A stretch of DNA of 64,000 nt from Octopus vulgaris (GCA_951406725.2 OX597832.1:8122001-8186000); one strand, 5' to 3'. Shown: positions 12,640-28,569, counted from the first letter of the stretch. Numbers and translations are program-made. The notes: a model not told the origin generated them from the letters alone.

Positions 12640-14050
12640 AATCTGACAAGAAACCACACGTCATCCCCCCCAACCTGAACTCAATGATCTAGTTCGTGAT
12701 CTAAGCCCCCTGTGGGCAATAAAGAAATGAATACTTACTAAGCAACAAAGTGACGTTCTGGCCTTAGGTCTGAAGCAATGGAACTTGTTGAATAAAGATA
12801 CTTGAATTACAGAATTTAGGAAGCATTCTGCTGATCTACCGCAATCCTTCACTTTGGAAAACAACTTGACTTATTGTGGTGATATCAGAAACCTATTCAA
12901 TGCACTTGAGCCTTTGAAGCAAATGAGCGGGGTTATTAATAGATTCATCCCTTTAAAGCATAAAACCGATTCTGTTGCACATTGGAAATATCATTCCTTC
13001 AGTTCCAATTGCTCACTCAGTTATTTTAAGAGAGACATACAAAACCCTCACTTTTATTCTAGCCCTTATATGTTACAGGGTGTATGAGTGGCTAATTTGT
13101 GCGGACTTGAAACTAGTAGCCCTACTTAATGGGCTAGAAACTCGATACACCAAGTTTACGTGCTTCCTTTGCACGTGGAACCGAAGGGCCAGATCAGAAC
13201 ATTATGTATACTTAGAATGTTCAACTCACGAAACTATGACGCCTGGATACCACAACATAAATCCTGAGCCACTAGTTAAGAAGGAGATAATCATTTTTTC
13301 CACCACTGCACATAAAACTCGGCCTAATGAAGCAATTTACCAAAGAACTGCAACATAACAAGCCATGTTTCCAGTACCCCAAGGCGATCTTCCTAAAATA
13401 AGTGTTGTCAAGATTGAAGAGGGCATATTCGTAGGCCCTCAGATACTTCCCCTTATAGATGATGAGGACTTCGAGGCGACAGTGGATGAAACTGAGCTAG
13501 CTGCCTGGCATGTATTCAAAGATATATGCAAAGAAATTCTGGAAAAGCACCGAGTTGTCCAGCGAGGGAGTATAGTGGAGAAGCTAATCAAGTGATATCA
13601 AGATCTCGGATGCCATATGTCACTGAACATACACTTTCCTCATACACATCTGTCCTTCCCAGAGAATGCAGGAGATATAAGTGATGAAGAGAAGTTCCAT
13701 CAAGCTATAGCGTCAATGGAAAACAAATATAAGGGAAAATGGAGCCCAGCTATGCTGGCTGACTTCTACTGGAACCTAAAGCATGACATACCTGAGACGT
13801 CTTATAAACGATGTAAATACTAAAATGTAGGTTAATACATTATATAATGCTAACAAACATGTCGATTCATTATATATTTATGAATTTATTACGATGGACA
13901 TATTCAATATTTGAATACGGGGGTAAAAATAGATTTTTAAAGTGCATAGTTTTCAAGTCGGTTATTAAAAAAAAAATGTGATGTGATAGGAAATTTTAGT
14001 TATAAATGTACATCAGAACTGTTTTTTTGTTGACACCGAAAATTGCTGTA
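12640..14050 (+). mobile_element. Chapaev3-like (CMC) DNA transposon with frameshifted transposase
   Basis: ELNDLVRDL, LKQWNLL, CADLKLVALLNGL..YTKFTCFLCTW, PPLHIKLGLMKQF, KIEEGIFVGPQI, MSLNIHF...KYKGKWSPAMLADFYW across ORFs 12975-13823. Confidence 0.85.
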
Positions 14051-14092
14051 TAGTATGATGATTGAAATTACATCGTATATAGTTGCTATATC

Positions 14093-14295
14093 GGTTTCAA
14101 ATTTTGGCACAAATCCAGCAAATTCAGGGAAAGGTTCAGTCGATTATATCAACCTCCAGGGCTCAACTGGTGTTTATTTAATCGACTTCGAAAGGATGAA
14201 AGTGCTGAATTTGAACTCAGAACGTGATGAAGGAAGAAATGTTGTTAACCATTTTCCCTGGTGGGCTAACGATTCCACAAACTCACAACCTCAAA
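14093..14295 (-). mobile_element. Meta-core SINE
   Basis: gaaaggatgaaag and atttgaactcagaacgt reverse motifs. Confidence 0.7.
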
Positions 14296-15276
14296 TATTC
14301 TATATATTGCTACTGGATATGGTCATAATGCATTTAATGATTACATTAATATTAGGTGTAGACACATCGTACATTGCATCTACATTTTGTTGATGATTGT
14401 TGTAATATAAATAGTATCTGCATATATCTTGATTGCCTTTATATCGATGTTGGTCGCCACATTGGTGCCGATGGTAGATATAATTATCATAGATGCTATA
14501 TAGTGTTCTAGTTGTAGTTATAATAATCTTGATGTCTACGTTATTTATAACTCAGCTTTAAGAGGATTAATAGCAAGTGTAAAAAATCTGATATTTCCTG
14601 AGAAAAAATTTTAGATGCAAAACGAACTCGAATATTAAATATATGAATTATTTCTGAACATAGAGAATATCTTCACACAGGTAATAAAGCTCTTAGAAAT
14701 AGCAGCCAGACCTCTCCGAAATCCAATCCTATTATTTAAATAAAGGTTTTACATTCAGCTATATACTGAAAAAACGGTATTCGTAGTTTGAAAAATCTTT
14801 TCATCACTGTTATGTACAAATATGGCCGCTCTGGGCGCTGGCAACCCCCACCGCCGTCAACAACAATGCTTACATTAACAATGTTTCTATCTTACTTTTC
14901 ATGAGGGAATCAATCGATTTGTTTCTTTCTTTTCAGATATCTATTGTTTCAAACCAGATTATAAAAAAAAAAAGTTGTAACTTTAATACGAAATAAATTC
15001 ACTCAGTATATTGATGGAGATAAATCTTTCTATAAGACAAACTAAACAAAATACACAATACGAACAAAATAACCTCAAATGAAGATAAAAATCTGATAAA
15101 GAAAATGAAACAATGGACATTTATACAACAGTAAGACAAACTAAGACTATAATCACTAAAAACAAAATACTATTGCATCTTCTTTCATTTATTGTACTTT
15201 AATAATGGGTGTTACGTACGTTTCATATATGTATGTATGTGTGAGTGCGTGCATTGCTGTGCTATGGATGTATATA

Positions 15277-15390
<114 letters not shown>

Positions 15391-15502
15391 TAGTTACACA
15401 TTTACCCACATACACGCACACACACATATGTGTGTCTGTATTTTATTGTGTCTTAGGAGTGTCAATACGCCAAAAACCAAAGATGTATATATGGGCCACT
15501 AC

Positions 15503-15626
<124 letters not shown>

Positions 15627-16539
15627 ATACATATATATATATATACATACATACATATATACATATATATATATACATATACACACATATATATGCATAT
15701 GTTTTCATACATACACGCATACACAGATGGATATGTATACATTAATATACACACACATATGTATATGTTTATATATGTGCGTATGTATGAATGTACATAC
15801 AGCGGTGTGTATGTGTGCGTGTATATCTTTATGATGTACACAACACACTCACTCACTCTTGCCTCTACGCACTAATACACCTACGATCGGACTAACACGT
15901 ATACAGATTTGTTTCCTTTTAAATCATTATTGACGTATTTTTTCAAAAATATTTTTATATCACGTCAAGTATCGATAGATCACCTAATTAGCTAGAAAAA
16001 TAATGATTTATAACGGGTAGAATGAAGATAAACGAAAATATTATAATTTCTCTACTGTTTTAGTTCTTGTCTATGGAGGTGAGTTTCGTCTTTTACGACA
16101 AAGAATATTCTACAAGGAAATAAAGTTCGAAATGTCAATGGGATTTACATATATTGAAGAGGTTCTCCGTAAATCGTCTGAACAAAGTGGGAAAGAAGGG
16201 AGTAAAGCCATCACGATTCCACTAATTCTTTTTTCCACTATACATTGTATTTCAAAAGAATGACGTGTCTGCTCGATCGAGTCTGTTCTAGAATCAATCA
16301 GCAACTACAACAGCAAAGTCACGAGAACACAAACAGCGACAGCACAACTATAACAACAACAAAAATATTACCAAAACAATGAAAAGAGTTGTGAGATTTC
16401 CTATCAGTATTGCTATTCAGAGGGCTCTCTCGTTTACCAAGATAATGGTATTATTACACCAATTTATAGTACGGTTACATAATTGGGAATTTGTCGCATG
16501 AAACTATCAGAGTGTACCATATTAATAGCAGGCTAATGT

Positions 16540-17175
16540 TGGTTTCATATTTTGGTACAAGACCAATAATTTAGCGACAGGGAATAAGTCTATATCTATC
16601 ACCACAGTACTTGGCTGTTACCCATTTTGTCGACACTGAAAGGATGAATAGCAAAATCAACCTCAGCGAAATTTGAACTAAGAACGTAAAGAGAGAGGGA
16701 ATAATGTAAAGCATTTTACACGGCTAACGATTCTGACAGCTCGAAATAAGATTCTAATAAATTATTTTAAGTTGCCAAGCTGGCAGAATCGTTAGTACGT
16801 CGGACAAAACGTTTAGCTGCATATCGCCTGTTTTTATGTTCTGAGTTCAAATTCCTGCTATACAGACCCTGCCTTTCATCCTGCGAGTTCGATAAATTAA
16901 GTAGCAGTTAATCAGTGGGGTCCCTGTAATTTTTAGCCTTATATTATTAATTATGTCTTTCATTTTATTTGTTTTTCATTTCACATAAGGGCGGCGAGCT
17001 GGTAGAACCATTAGCACGTTGGGCAAATTGCTTAGCGGCATTTCATTTGTCTGGAAGTTCTCGTTTTCAAGTTCCGCCTAGGTCGACCTTGCCTTTCATC
17101 GTTATGGAGTCGATAAAAACAACTACCAGTTGATCACTGGAATCGGGAAATCGATTTCCCCCAAATTTTCAAACC
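16540..17175. mobile_element. Three Meta-core SINEs (16540-16745 -, 16770-16930 +, 16988-17175 +)
   Basis: Head and core motifs. Confidence 0.7.
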
Positions 17176-17297
17176 ATTATTAAAATATTATATATATACA
17201 TGCACCCTTCTGTCCAACACTAGTCGCCATGATAGATCGTTAGCCACTACACACATTTTTTTCTCTCCTTGTTTCTCTCCTTGTTTTTTCTGTGTCC

Positions 17298-17333
17298 CTT
17301 TCTGCAGAAGAGCGTAGGCTCGAAACGTAAAAG
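17298..17333 (+). ncRNA. Minimal hammerhead motif (A6 mutated) in a PLE-like element (~17200-17425)
   Basis: cttt CTGCAGA a gagc gtag gctc GAAA CG TA aaag; stems I and II pair; same family as 3822-3858. Confidence 0.6.
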
Positions 17334-17421
17334 ACTTTTTCTATTCCTGAGCGTTATACTAATACATCTGTTTGTTTTGTACACCACCTGTCTTTGTCTT
17401 TTGTTTTTTTTCGTAAACTCT

Positions 17422-17461
<40 letters not shown>

Positions 17462-18895
17462 ATACATACATGCCTACATATATATGTATGCACACACACA
17501 TACACACACAAATATATATATGGATGTATAAAACATACTCATATATATGCGTAAACATATATATGCATATATGCTTATTAGTAACTTAATTCTGTGATAA
17601 CCAGATTTAGTCGTTATGCCACACTAATTTACATGCTCGAACAATTGCACAGTCATCTTCTCATTACAACTTTCAAAACACGACGAAACATATTTTTCGC
17701 TGGTGAGTGAAGAATAAGAGCGAAGCATATGTCAACTAATGTCTAATGGCATAAAAGATAAGCAAATATTAATTTTATTCGACTAATATTATCTTTTTCC
17801 TAAACGTTTTCTTCTGAAGTTTTAATATTTATCATATTACATAACTTACATAAGTTAAGTCTTCATAACATTTCATTGACACCTATTACTTTCGTAGCCA
17901 ACTTATGGAATGCAGCGGAAATTAAAAAGTTAAATTAAAGTTGCTATGCAATTAAATATTAGTCAGTAAGCAATTCTGGTTTCAAGTTTCGGGAGTGTTC
18001 TCCTACAACTCTGTGCATATTAGTCTTTTAACTTGCAACGTATAGTCTTTATCTTCTATACATTCAAAAGTCTCGATAGTAACAAAGACCGATTATTTTC
18101 AAAATATATGCCGTTTCCTAGCATTATTTAAACAGTCATATCTGTATCTAACATGGTCTCTAAACTTTATTTCCCTCAATTCATTCTCAACCTTCTTCAA
18201 TAATGAAATATCCCGTTAGTTAATGCATTCTAATATATCACTCAAAACAATACAAGAATTTCAGGAACATAACGCATATGATGATAGACAACATCAAACA
18301 GTGCTGTGACGATGCAAAATCGTCGGGGGCGGGGGTTTAGATAGAGCAACTATTTTTAAACAGAAACCGAGAACAATTAAACTTAAATTGTTTTCCCCAA
18401 ACTTTCTGGAATCTTAACAACAATAAAGTAAGTCTATATGATATATTAGTTATATACTGCTTTTTGTTTTCTGTTTTATTAGTTCCAAATTAATTAGATT
18501 TAGTTTTTAATAAAACTTTTAGAATATTCTCTTATCAATTAGCAAAATTTTTCATCGATTCATTTTATTAATTTCTTTTTAATTTTAAGTTTGAATTTTC
18601 GCTAATTACTCCATCCCAATTTAAGAACATATAAATATAAAACTGTATTTTAATTGTATGTATAGGAATCTAAATATGGAAAGCATCTAAGACCATGAGA
18701 AACAAATATGGACATGGTTTTTCTAAGATAAGTCAAACGGTAATTGCGAAATATAAATAAAATGGGAAAGGAACAAACGAGAGAAGGAAATGAGTATTTA
18801 ATAAAATAATCTATAAATGTAAGGCTTGGTATATTTCTTTGATGATTAAAATCATAATGTCACATAAAAATACATTTTAAAACACACGCACACGC

Positions 18896-18947
<52 letters not shown>

Positions 18948-19195
18948 GCACACAGACATACATATATGCAAACATATTTATACCTGTATACATGCATATA
19001 TGCAAACCAATATAGACATATTTACACAAATATACATATCTATATATACATATGAATATATGTTTGTGAACATACAACTGTATATATATAATGCATATAT
19101 ATATATATATGTGTGTGTGTAATTTAATTATCAAATGTGAATGAGAGTGTATATATATATACATATATGTATGTATACGTATACGTATACATACA

Positions 19196-19244
<49 letters not shown>

Positions 19245-19367
19245 TTATCTCTCTATGTATGTATTCTGTACTGTGATGTAATATGAATATATATTTATAT
19301 ATATCTATATACATATAGGTAGACATAGATTATATACATATATGTATATATATATATGTATATATGT

Positions 19368-19423
<56 letters not shown>

Positions 19424-19733
19424 GCTTGTACACATATATACTGACATTCATGGATACATGTACGTAATGTAATACATATATGTATTACGCTATATTTTAT
19501 ATACACAGAAACCCACATATTGGTTTTTCTTGGTTGCATTTACATTTCATTCGGGAATTAAGTATAAAGTACTTGTTGACAGTTTTACCTACGGTGATAT
19601 ATGTGTAGAATATCTGGAAGAGAAAATAACAAGACAAAGAAGAAAATATATAATATTAAAACGCAATGCGATGAATGTATATGATCTTATTGATTTATAA
19701 ATATATTATTATGCCCTACGAAACATGTGTGTG

Positions 19734-19767
<34 letters not shown>

Positions 19768-19771
<4 letters not shown>

Positions 19772-20078
19772 TTAATAAATAAAACATATGCATACATACA
19801 TATATGTACGTACCTACCTCTACATGTATATATACATGCATATATGGGTACAGGACACCAAAAAAAAAAAAACGTCGAACACAATGAGGAACTAAAACAT
19901 AAGCACAAAACCAAGGAACTGGACATTTTTCTTAAACGACGAAAAATTAGAGTACAGGACAAATAACAGAAGGAAAATTCCCCTTCTTCAGTCGCCTCTG
20001 TTTCATCTACTCTGCGTTTCGAAGGTGAAGGCAATACGCATCTTCGATAGAAACTTTCCTTCCCGCGAAAAGCAAATA
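19768..20078 (-). mobile_element. (TA)n-embedded repeat, family shared with 51225-51440 and more distantly 31300-31530
   Basis: Shared gtacccatatatgcatg, cattgtgttcgacg, ttcgaaacgc.gagtagatg. Confidence 0.65.
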
Positions 20079-20172
20079 TGTATATACACATATACACACA
20101 TACGCACACTCAGATATACACACACACACATACATTTGTATGTATGTAAGTATATTTATTTTATATTTACAA

Positions 20173-20475
20173 GGGAATGGTTGAGAGTTGCTAGAAATTT
20201 CAGCTATAGTGCTCGGTGCCCGTTGAAGGAAGTGTAGCAGAATGTCCGTAATCTGCTGCCAATATGTTTTTACACTTTTCTACAGTAATCAGGGGTGCTC
20301 CACTTTAAATTTTCGACTCATTGTGTGCTTTTCTTAGACCCGAACAACGTATTTACGTATTTTGTCCAATTATTACGCCCCACGAAATGGAGTTTCGGGA
20401 GCATATTTCTGCCCTCGATTTTACTGTACCTGTGGAAATACAGCAGTTTAAATTGTAATTATAGGTACCATTCCC
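20173..20475. mobile_element. Possible MITE
   Basis: Short inverted termini gggaatggt / accattccc only. Confidence 0.3.
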
Positions 20476-20487
20476 ACTAATCTCGAA

Positions 20488-20634
20488 AGGCCGTGTGGTA
20501 AGCAGCTTGAATTCCAACCACATGGTTCTGGTCATGTCCTTCTGCGTTACTCCTTCGGGAAGTGTCTTCTACTATAGCTTCAGCCGGCGAAAGCCTTGTA
20601 AATGGAATTGGTAAACAGAAACTGGAAGAGACCC

Positions 20635-20704
<70 letters not shown>

Positions 20705-21000
20705 TGTACGCATGTATGCCATTATTCATTTCTATTTCAAGATTTCTTATGTATGTGTGTGTTTGCTTGTATATGTGTATTCGTCTCTGTGTTTGTACCG
20801 CAAACAACGGGTGTTAGTTGACAAGCGGTGTTGGTTTGCTTACGTCCCCGTAACGTTGCAGTTCAGCAAAAGGAGCAATACAGTAAGTACTTGGGCTTAA
20901 ACAAAGCAAAAGGAACGGGATGGATTTCACTAGACCAAGAGTTCTTGAAGGCGGTGCATCACCATGGTCACAGGCTAATGAACGAAACACGTAAAAGATA
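20488..21000 (+). mobile_element. Microsatellite-containing SINE
   Basis: gtggtaagcagcttg head, aaactggaagagacccg, (CA)n, tacgtccccgtaac, gaaggcggtgc. Confidence 0.75.
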
Positions 21001-21114
21001 CACAAACACACACACACACACACATCTAATGAAACGAATGGTTTACACCTGGTAGCTTACTGGTAAAGCACGGTCACTTTCACAGTGTTCGTTATATATA
21101 TATATATATATATA

Positions 21115-21694
<580 letters not shown>

Positions 21695-22199
21695 AAATTT
21701 ATATAGGGTAGGGAAATTTGAGAAATTTTCTACCAGTGGCTAGCGTGCATAAAATATTCAATAGACAACATATTATTCATATAAAATCGGCGTACCTTTA
21801 TACACAAAAGAGATTTAGCATGTAGAGTGTCCCTAACAAGAGCCCTTAAATGCTAAAAGGAACAATCAATGTCCAAATATATTCATACATACATACATAC
21901 AAAAACATATATATAAACATATATATATATATATATTTATATATCCAAATTACAAAATTGTGAAGAAATACAAATGTTTATGGGATTGCGTGTACCCTGG
22001 CTTTTCGATTCATTATTCACAAACTCAAAGACTGTGGAAATACCCTTGTGTAAAAAAAGCATCAAAAAGTATGTTGTGTTCCTCAGAGAGTAACACACAT
22101 TGTACCTCGCGTAGGATAATGTGATTAATTGATAAATACATCTTTTACAATATATAATGAACATTTCATGACACCTCCAATCTGTTTGTTTTGCAGTGC

Positions 22200-23320
22200 C
22201 TAAATATGCGAAATATTGAATCTATGATGCACAGTACAACTGCAATTATGGAATCGTAGTTACGTTATGTCAGACACGCGATGTTGAAGAGGACACTAGA
22301 ATGCCGGTGGTCATTCCCTATAGAGGAATGAAATATAAAATCCCTTGTAGATGGCCTCTGGTACATCACCCGGGGCATTTATATTTCATGAATAATGGCG
22401 GAGACTTGAAACCAAAGGGTTTTAAAGCTGCAGAAACGCAGTTGAGAGACTATGAACCGAAACACTTCCAATAAGCATAGATCATTATACTGCATTACAA
22501 AAAGCATTATACTGCATTCTCTCTCTCTCTCTCTCTATCCGCTCAGTCGAAGTCGACTCTCGGTCACTCGTTGGATCAGTGTCCTCCAGTCAGTTCTGTC
22601 CTGGGCCGCTTCTTTCAGATTGGCTATGTACAATCCGGTATCACTCCTGATGGTGTCAAGCCAGCGGGTTCTTGGTCGGCCTCTTCCTCTCTTGCCACTG
22701 ACCATTCCCAGGGATTTTCTCAGGAAAATATGACCGAAATATGCCAATCTATGCTTGGTGATCCTAGCTTCTAGCGACATTTTCGGCCTTATCTGCTTAA
22801 GAAGTTCTCCATTACAAAAGGCATTATACTGCATTACAAAAGGACAGACAATACATGCGGGGAAGATGTTGAATCGAGTCTGTGATTTATGGTAGTCAAC
22901 GATTGTGTCTTTTCTTCATTCAGTTTATGAATTCCCGAGCAGCAGCGTTCCAGGTGAGAGCAACATACCATAGTGGCCTGAAATGGACATTTTAAAGTAT
23001 TACTAAATGCTGTAGTGGAAAATCTTTTTCTGGCCTGGAAGGCCGTTTATATGCGATCCTAACTATGTTATAGATGTGCTTTCTACAGAAGAGAACATCG
23101 CTGATATTTGTACCCGCAACCCAATAAATGTGTTCTACATGAATTTTTCTTGCGATTAAATTCCATCTGGTAATCTGGTATGACGATCTTTCATTGATAT
23201 GAGAGGTGTTATATGTCTTCTTACAAGAGAAAGCGACAAAATTTGTATATCCCTGTCAGAGAATCCTTTCGGGACTTTGGTAATTAAGTCAGTGTTTACT
23301 TGCCGATTATAGACAGAAAT
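22200..23320 (-). pseudogene. Highly decayed CR1/L2-type LINE relic (host of the RTE insertion)
   Basis: Minus frame QHLVIL*NVHFRPLWYVALTWNAA loosely resembles the LYKxxIRPxxEYxxxVW motif. Confidence 0.35.
22519..22809 (-). mobile_element. 5'-truncated RTE/BovB-like LINE with (GA)n tail and 26 bp TSD
   Basis: RLAYFGHI...GKRGRGRPRTRWLDTI...AAQDRTDWR; TSD cattacaaaa(a/g)gcattatactgcatt at 22493-22518 and 22810-22835. Confidence 0.9.
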
Positions 23321-23674
23321 GTGTATATGTAGGTGACAACACACGTAGACACACATACATACACACTTTTTTATTGTATAAATATGGAAGGTAATGAAGC
23401 TGCGTATCAGGTACCACTATATAGCAGTAATCTGGCACAAAACAGTCCACAAATTATATTTTCTAATCTAGGCACAAGACCCGAAATTTGGCAGGGAGGG
23501 GGGCGCAGTCGATTAGATCAACATCAACACTAGTTCCCAAGTGGTACTTAATTTATCGACTCCGAAAAGATGAAAGGTAATCTGTCCTGAGTGTCCCTGT
23601 AGGAAGTTTTTCAGCTTTGGCGTTACAGAATTATGGAATGGATGCATTAATATGTACATATATTGTTGCGTCCA

Positions 23675-23727
<53 letters not shown>

Positions 23728-23810
23728 GGTCCCGGGTTGATTCGGGGTTAACCACAGTAAGTAAGGTACTCAATACATAGCAGAGTAAAATTAATTTATT
23801 ATATAGAAGG

Positions 23811-23861
23811 AGCTTCTACAGGACTAGTACTGTTTCATTCAAGAGAAATCTTCAGGAAGCT
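23811..23861 (-). ncRNA. Type I hammerhead ribozyme
   Basis: agcttc CTGAAGA t ttc tctt gaa t GAAA cag tactagtc ctg TA gaagct; 6 bp stem I, GUA site. Confidence 0.8.
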
Positions 23862-24237
23862 ATTTAACAAGAATTGTATTAGCATTTATACATTTAGCCA
23901 GGTTTAAAGGAGTGGTGGTGGGGGACTTTTTGGGGGTAGGCATAGCGCAAAATATCATACTTGGGGGAGTGGTCAAGGAGTCAGTGGTAAGTTAGATGAA
24001 AGAATAGATAAATAAAAAAATAAAAAAAAAAAAAAAAAATAAAATAAAAAAATAAAAAAAAATAAAAAAAATATAAAAAATATATATAAAAAAATATATA
24101 TATAAAATATATATATAAAAAAATATATATATAAAAAAAGGGGGGATAGAGTTATAGGTAAATAAGGAGATTCTCACTTATACCTATACACACATGTATA
24201 CGTATCTACACACACATACATACATACACATATATAT

Positions 24238-24288
<51 letters not shown>

Positions 24289-25168
24289 CATATGTACACA
24301 CATACATACATATCTACATACACACATACATACACCCGCCCACATATACAAATTTATACACATGCACATGCCTATACCTGTCTACACATACACACACGTA
24401 TATATGCATACACTCACTCCCATGCATGCACGCATACACACATGTATATATATATATATATATATACCCACGACCACACATACATATATACACATAAAAA
24501 TATATATTCATACGCACATACACTCATGCACACACAACACACCTAGTTCCCTATATACACATATTTACACCTATATATACATACACCCACATACACCTAT
24601 GTACACATATATATATATAAACATATACACGCATACATATATATACATGTGTGCACATACATACATACACACATATATACATACACATACACATACACAT
24701 GTGTACCTATACATACCTACACATACACACATACATACATACAAATATACATATACATATATATATATACAATCCAATACAGGCCCATTCCCTAATTTTA
24801 ATTTTATTATCTTCATTTATTACTTTTGTTATCTTTGATCGCTAGGGCTAAGAATCCTGGCAATGGCTGCATGTCCATTTGTCTGTCTACTAGAAGGCAA
24901 GTACTCATTCCCGCACGCACACTCATTAGCACGTACATTCACCCATTCGTACACTCATACACATACACGTACGCACGCGTTATATTCATACATACAAACA
25001 TCTACATACGTTCACGTATATACACATACGTACTCGTACCTACAGATTCGTGTCTACACTTTAGGAGGCTAGTCTATACATATACACCAATAAATATACA
25101 TATATATATATATATACCCGCATATACATACACACACACACATATATACTCCTACATACAGATACATA

Positions 25169-25219
<51 letters not shown>

Positions 25220-25706
25220 ATACACATACACACATACATATACACACACATACATACACATATATATACATACACAAACATATATACACACATATATATA
25301 CATACACACATACACACATACATACGTATACATACATACATACATCCATACATCCATACTTACATGCATTTATACGCATACACACACCCATCTATATATA
25401 TGTATATATATATATATATATATACACACTCACACATACATATACAAATCTACGCACACACATACATACATACACGTATACGCATACACGCACATACACA
25501 TATACATGCGTACCCATACACGTGCACACACGCACGCGCATCCATATATATACACACACACACATATATATACACGTGTGCAAGCATACATACATACTCA
25601 TACGCGCACACATACTTACAAATACATATATGCACACACTTACACACATATATATACATACACATATACATGCATACATACATATATGCATACATACACA
25701 CACGCA

Positions 25707-25760
<54 letters not shown>

Positions 25761-26287
25761 TAGATATATATACACATGCATACACATACACATACATACA
25801 CACATATACACATATATATATATATATACATATATATATACACATATACACATACATATATACACATATACATACATATACATACACACACACATACATA
25901 TATACATATACACTGATACACATACCCATACATACACATGCATATACTTATATCACTACATACTCACATATATAAACATATATACATATACACACATACA
26001 TATATACATGTACATACACATACGTATGCATATATATATATATACATATATATACACATATATATATATATATATATGCGCGTGTGTGTGTATGTATGTG
26101 TATGTATACTTGTATATGTATATGCATGAATGTATATATATGTGTGTGTATATGTGTATTATGTATGTATTTATATAGATATGTAGTTTATATATATATA
26201 TGTATGTATATGCATCTGTCTGTGTGTGTGTATGTGTATATATGTGTATCATTTTTGCGTATGTATACATGTATATGTGTATATGTA

Positions 26288-26324
<37 letters not shown>

Positions 26325-26529
26325 GTGTATATATATGTATATATATATATATGCATACGTATGTGTATGTACATGTATATATGTATGTGTGTATATGTAT
26401 ATATGTTTATATATGTGAGTATGTAGTGATATAAGTATATGCATGTGTATGTATGGGTATGTGTATCAGTGTATATGTATATATGTATGTGTGTGTGTAT
26501 GTATATGTATGTATATGTGTATATATGTA

Positions 26530-26564
<35 letters not shown>

Positions 26565-26615
26565 GTGTATATGTGTGTATGTATGTGTATGTGTATGTAT
26601 GTGTATATATATCTA

Positions 26616-26665
<50 letters not shown>

Positions 26666-26945
26666 GAGTGCGTGTGTGTATGTATGCATATATGTATGTA
26701 TGCATGTATATGTGTATGTATATATATGTGTGTAAGTGTGTGCATATATGTATTTGTAAGTATGTGTGCGCGTATGAGTATGTATGTATGCTTGCACACG
26801 TGTATATATATGTGTGTGTGTGTATATATATGGATGCGCGTGCGTGTGTGCACGTGTATGGGTACGCATGTATATGTGTATGTGCGTGTATGCGTATACG
26901 TGTATGTATGTATGTGTGTGCGTAGATTTGTATATGTATGTGTGA

Positions 26946-26986
<41 letters not shown>

Positions 26987-27160
26987 TGGGTGTGTGTATG
27001 CGTATAAATGCATGTAAGTATGGATGTATGGATGTATGTATGTATGTATACGTATGTATGTGTGTATGTGTGTATGTATATATATATGTGTGTATATATG
27101 TTTGTGTATGTATATATATGTGTATGTATGTGTGTGTATATGTATGTGTGTATGTGTATG

Positions 27161-27218
<58 letters not shown>

Positions 27219-28098
27219 TATGTATCTGTATGTAGGAGTATATATGTGTGTGTGTGTATGTATATGCGGGTATATATATATATATATGTATATTTATTGG
27301 TGTATATGTATAGACTAGCCTCCTAAAGTGTAGACACGAATCTGTAGGTACGAGTACGTATGTGTATATACGTGAACGTATGTAGATGTTTGTATGTATG
27401 AATATAACGCGTGCGTACGTGTATGTGTATGAGTGTACGAATGGGTGAATGTACGTGCTAATGAGTGTGCGTGCGGGAATGAGTACTTGCCTTCTAGTAG
27501 ACAGACAAATGGACATGCAGCCATTGCCAGGATTCTTAGCCCTAGCGATCAAAGATAACAAAAGTAATAAATGAAGATAATAAAATTAAAATTAGGGAAT
27601 GGGCCTGTATTGGATTGTATATATATATATGTATATGTATATTTGTATGTATGTATGTGTGTATGTGTAGGTATGTATAGGTACACATGTGTATGTGTAT
27701 GTGTATGTATATATGTGTGTATGTATGTATGTGCACACATGTATATATATGTATGCGTGTATATGTTTATATATATATATGTGTACATAGGTGTATGTGG
27801 GTGTATGTATATATAGGTGTAAATATGTGTATATAGGGAACTAGGTGTGTTGTGTGTGCATGAGTGTATGTGCGTATGAATATATATTTTTATGTGTATA
27901 TATGTATGTGTGGTCGTGGGTATATATATATATATATATATACATGTGTGTATGCGTGCATGCATGGGAGTGAGTGTATGCATATATACGTGTGTGTATG
28001 TGTAGACAGGTATAGGCATGTGCATGTGTATAAATTTGTATATGTGGGCGGGTGTATGTATGTGTGTATGTAGATATGTATGTATGTGTGTACATATG

Positions 28099-28143
<45 letters not shown>

Positions 28144-28518
28144 ATATATATGTGTATGTATGTATGTGTGTGTAGATACGTATATATGTGTGTATAGGTA
28201 TAAGTGAGAATCTCCTTATTTATCTATAACTCTATCCCCCTTTTTTTATATATATATTTTTTTATATATATATTTTATATATATATTTTTTTATATATAT
28301 TTTTTATATTTTTTATTTTATTTTTTTTTTTTATTTTTTTTTTTTTTTTTATTTTTTTTTTTTTTTATTTATCTATTCTTTCATCTAACTTACCACTGAC
28401 TCCTTGACCACTCCCCCAAGTATGATATTTTGCGCTATGCCTACCCCCAAAAAGTCCCCCACCACCACTCCTTTAAACCTGGCTAAATGTATAAATGCTA
28501 ATACAATTCTTGTTAAAT

Positions 28519-28569
28519 AGCTTCCTGAAGATTTCTCTTGAATGAAACAGTACTAGTCCTGTAGAAGCT
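28519..28569 (+). ncRNA. Type I hammerhead ribozyme (mirror copy)
   Basis: Identical to 23811-23861; CTGAAGA 28525-28531, GAAA 28544-28547, GTA 28561-28563. Confidence 0.8.

Noticed and set aside
16063-16077. 15 nt micro-exon (ttttag ... gtgagt)
   Set aside because: Splice-like signals alone, no gene context
24826-26178. 450 aa ORF and its mirror at 26656-27561
   Set aside because: Translation of stop-free (CA/TA) microsatellite; the short unique N-terminus has no recognisable domain
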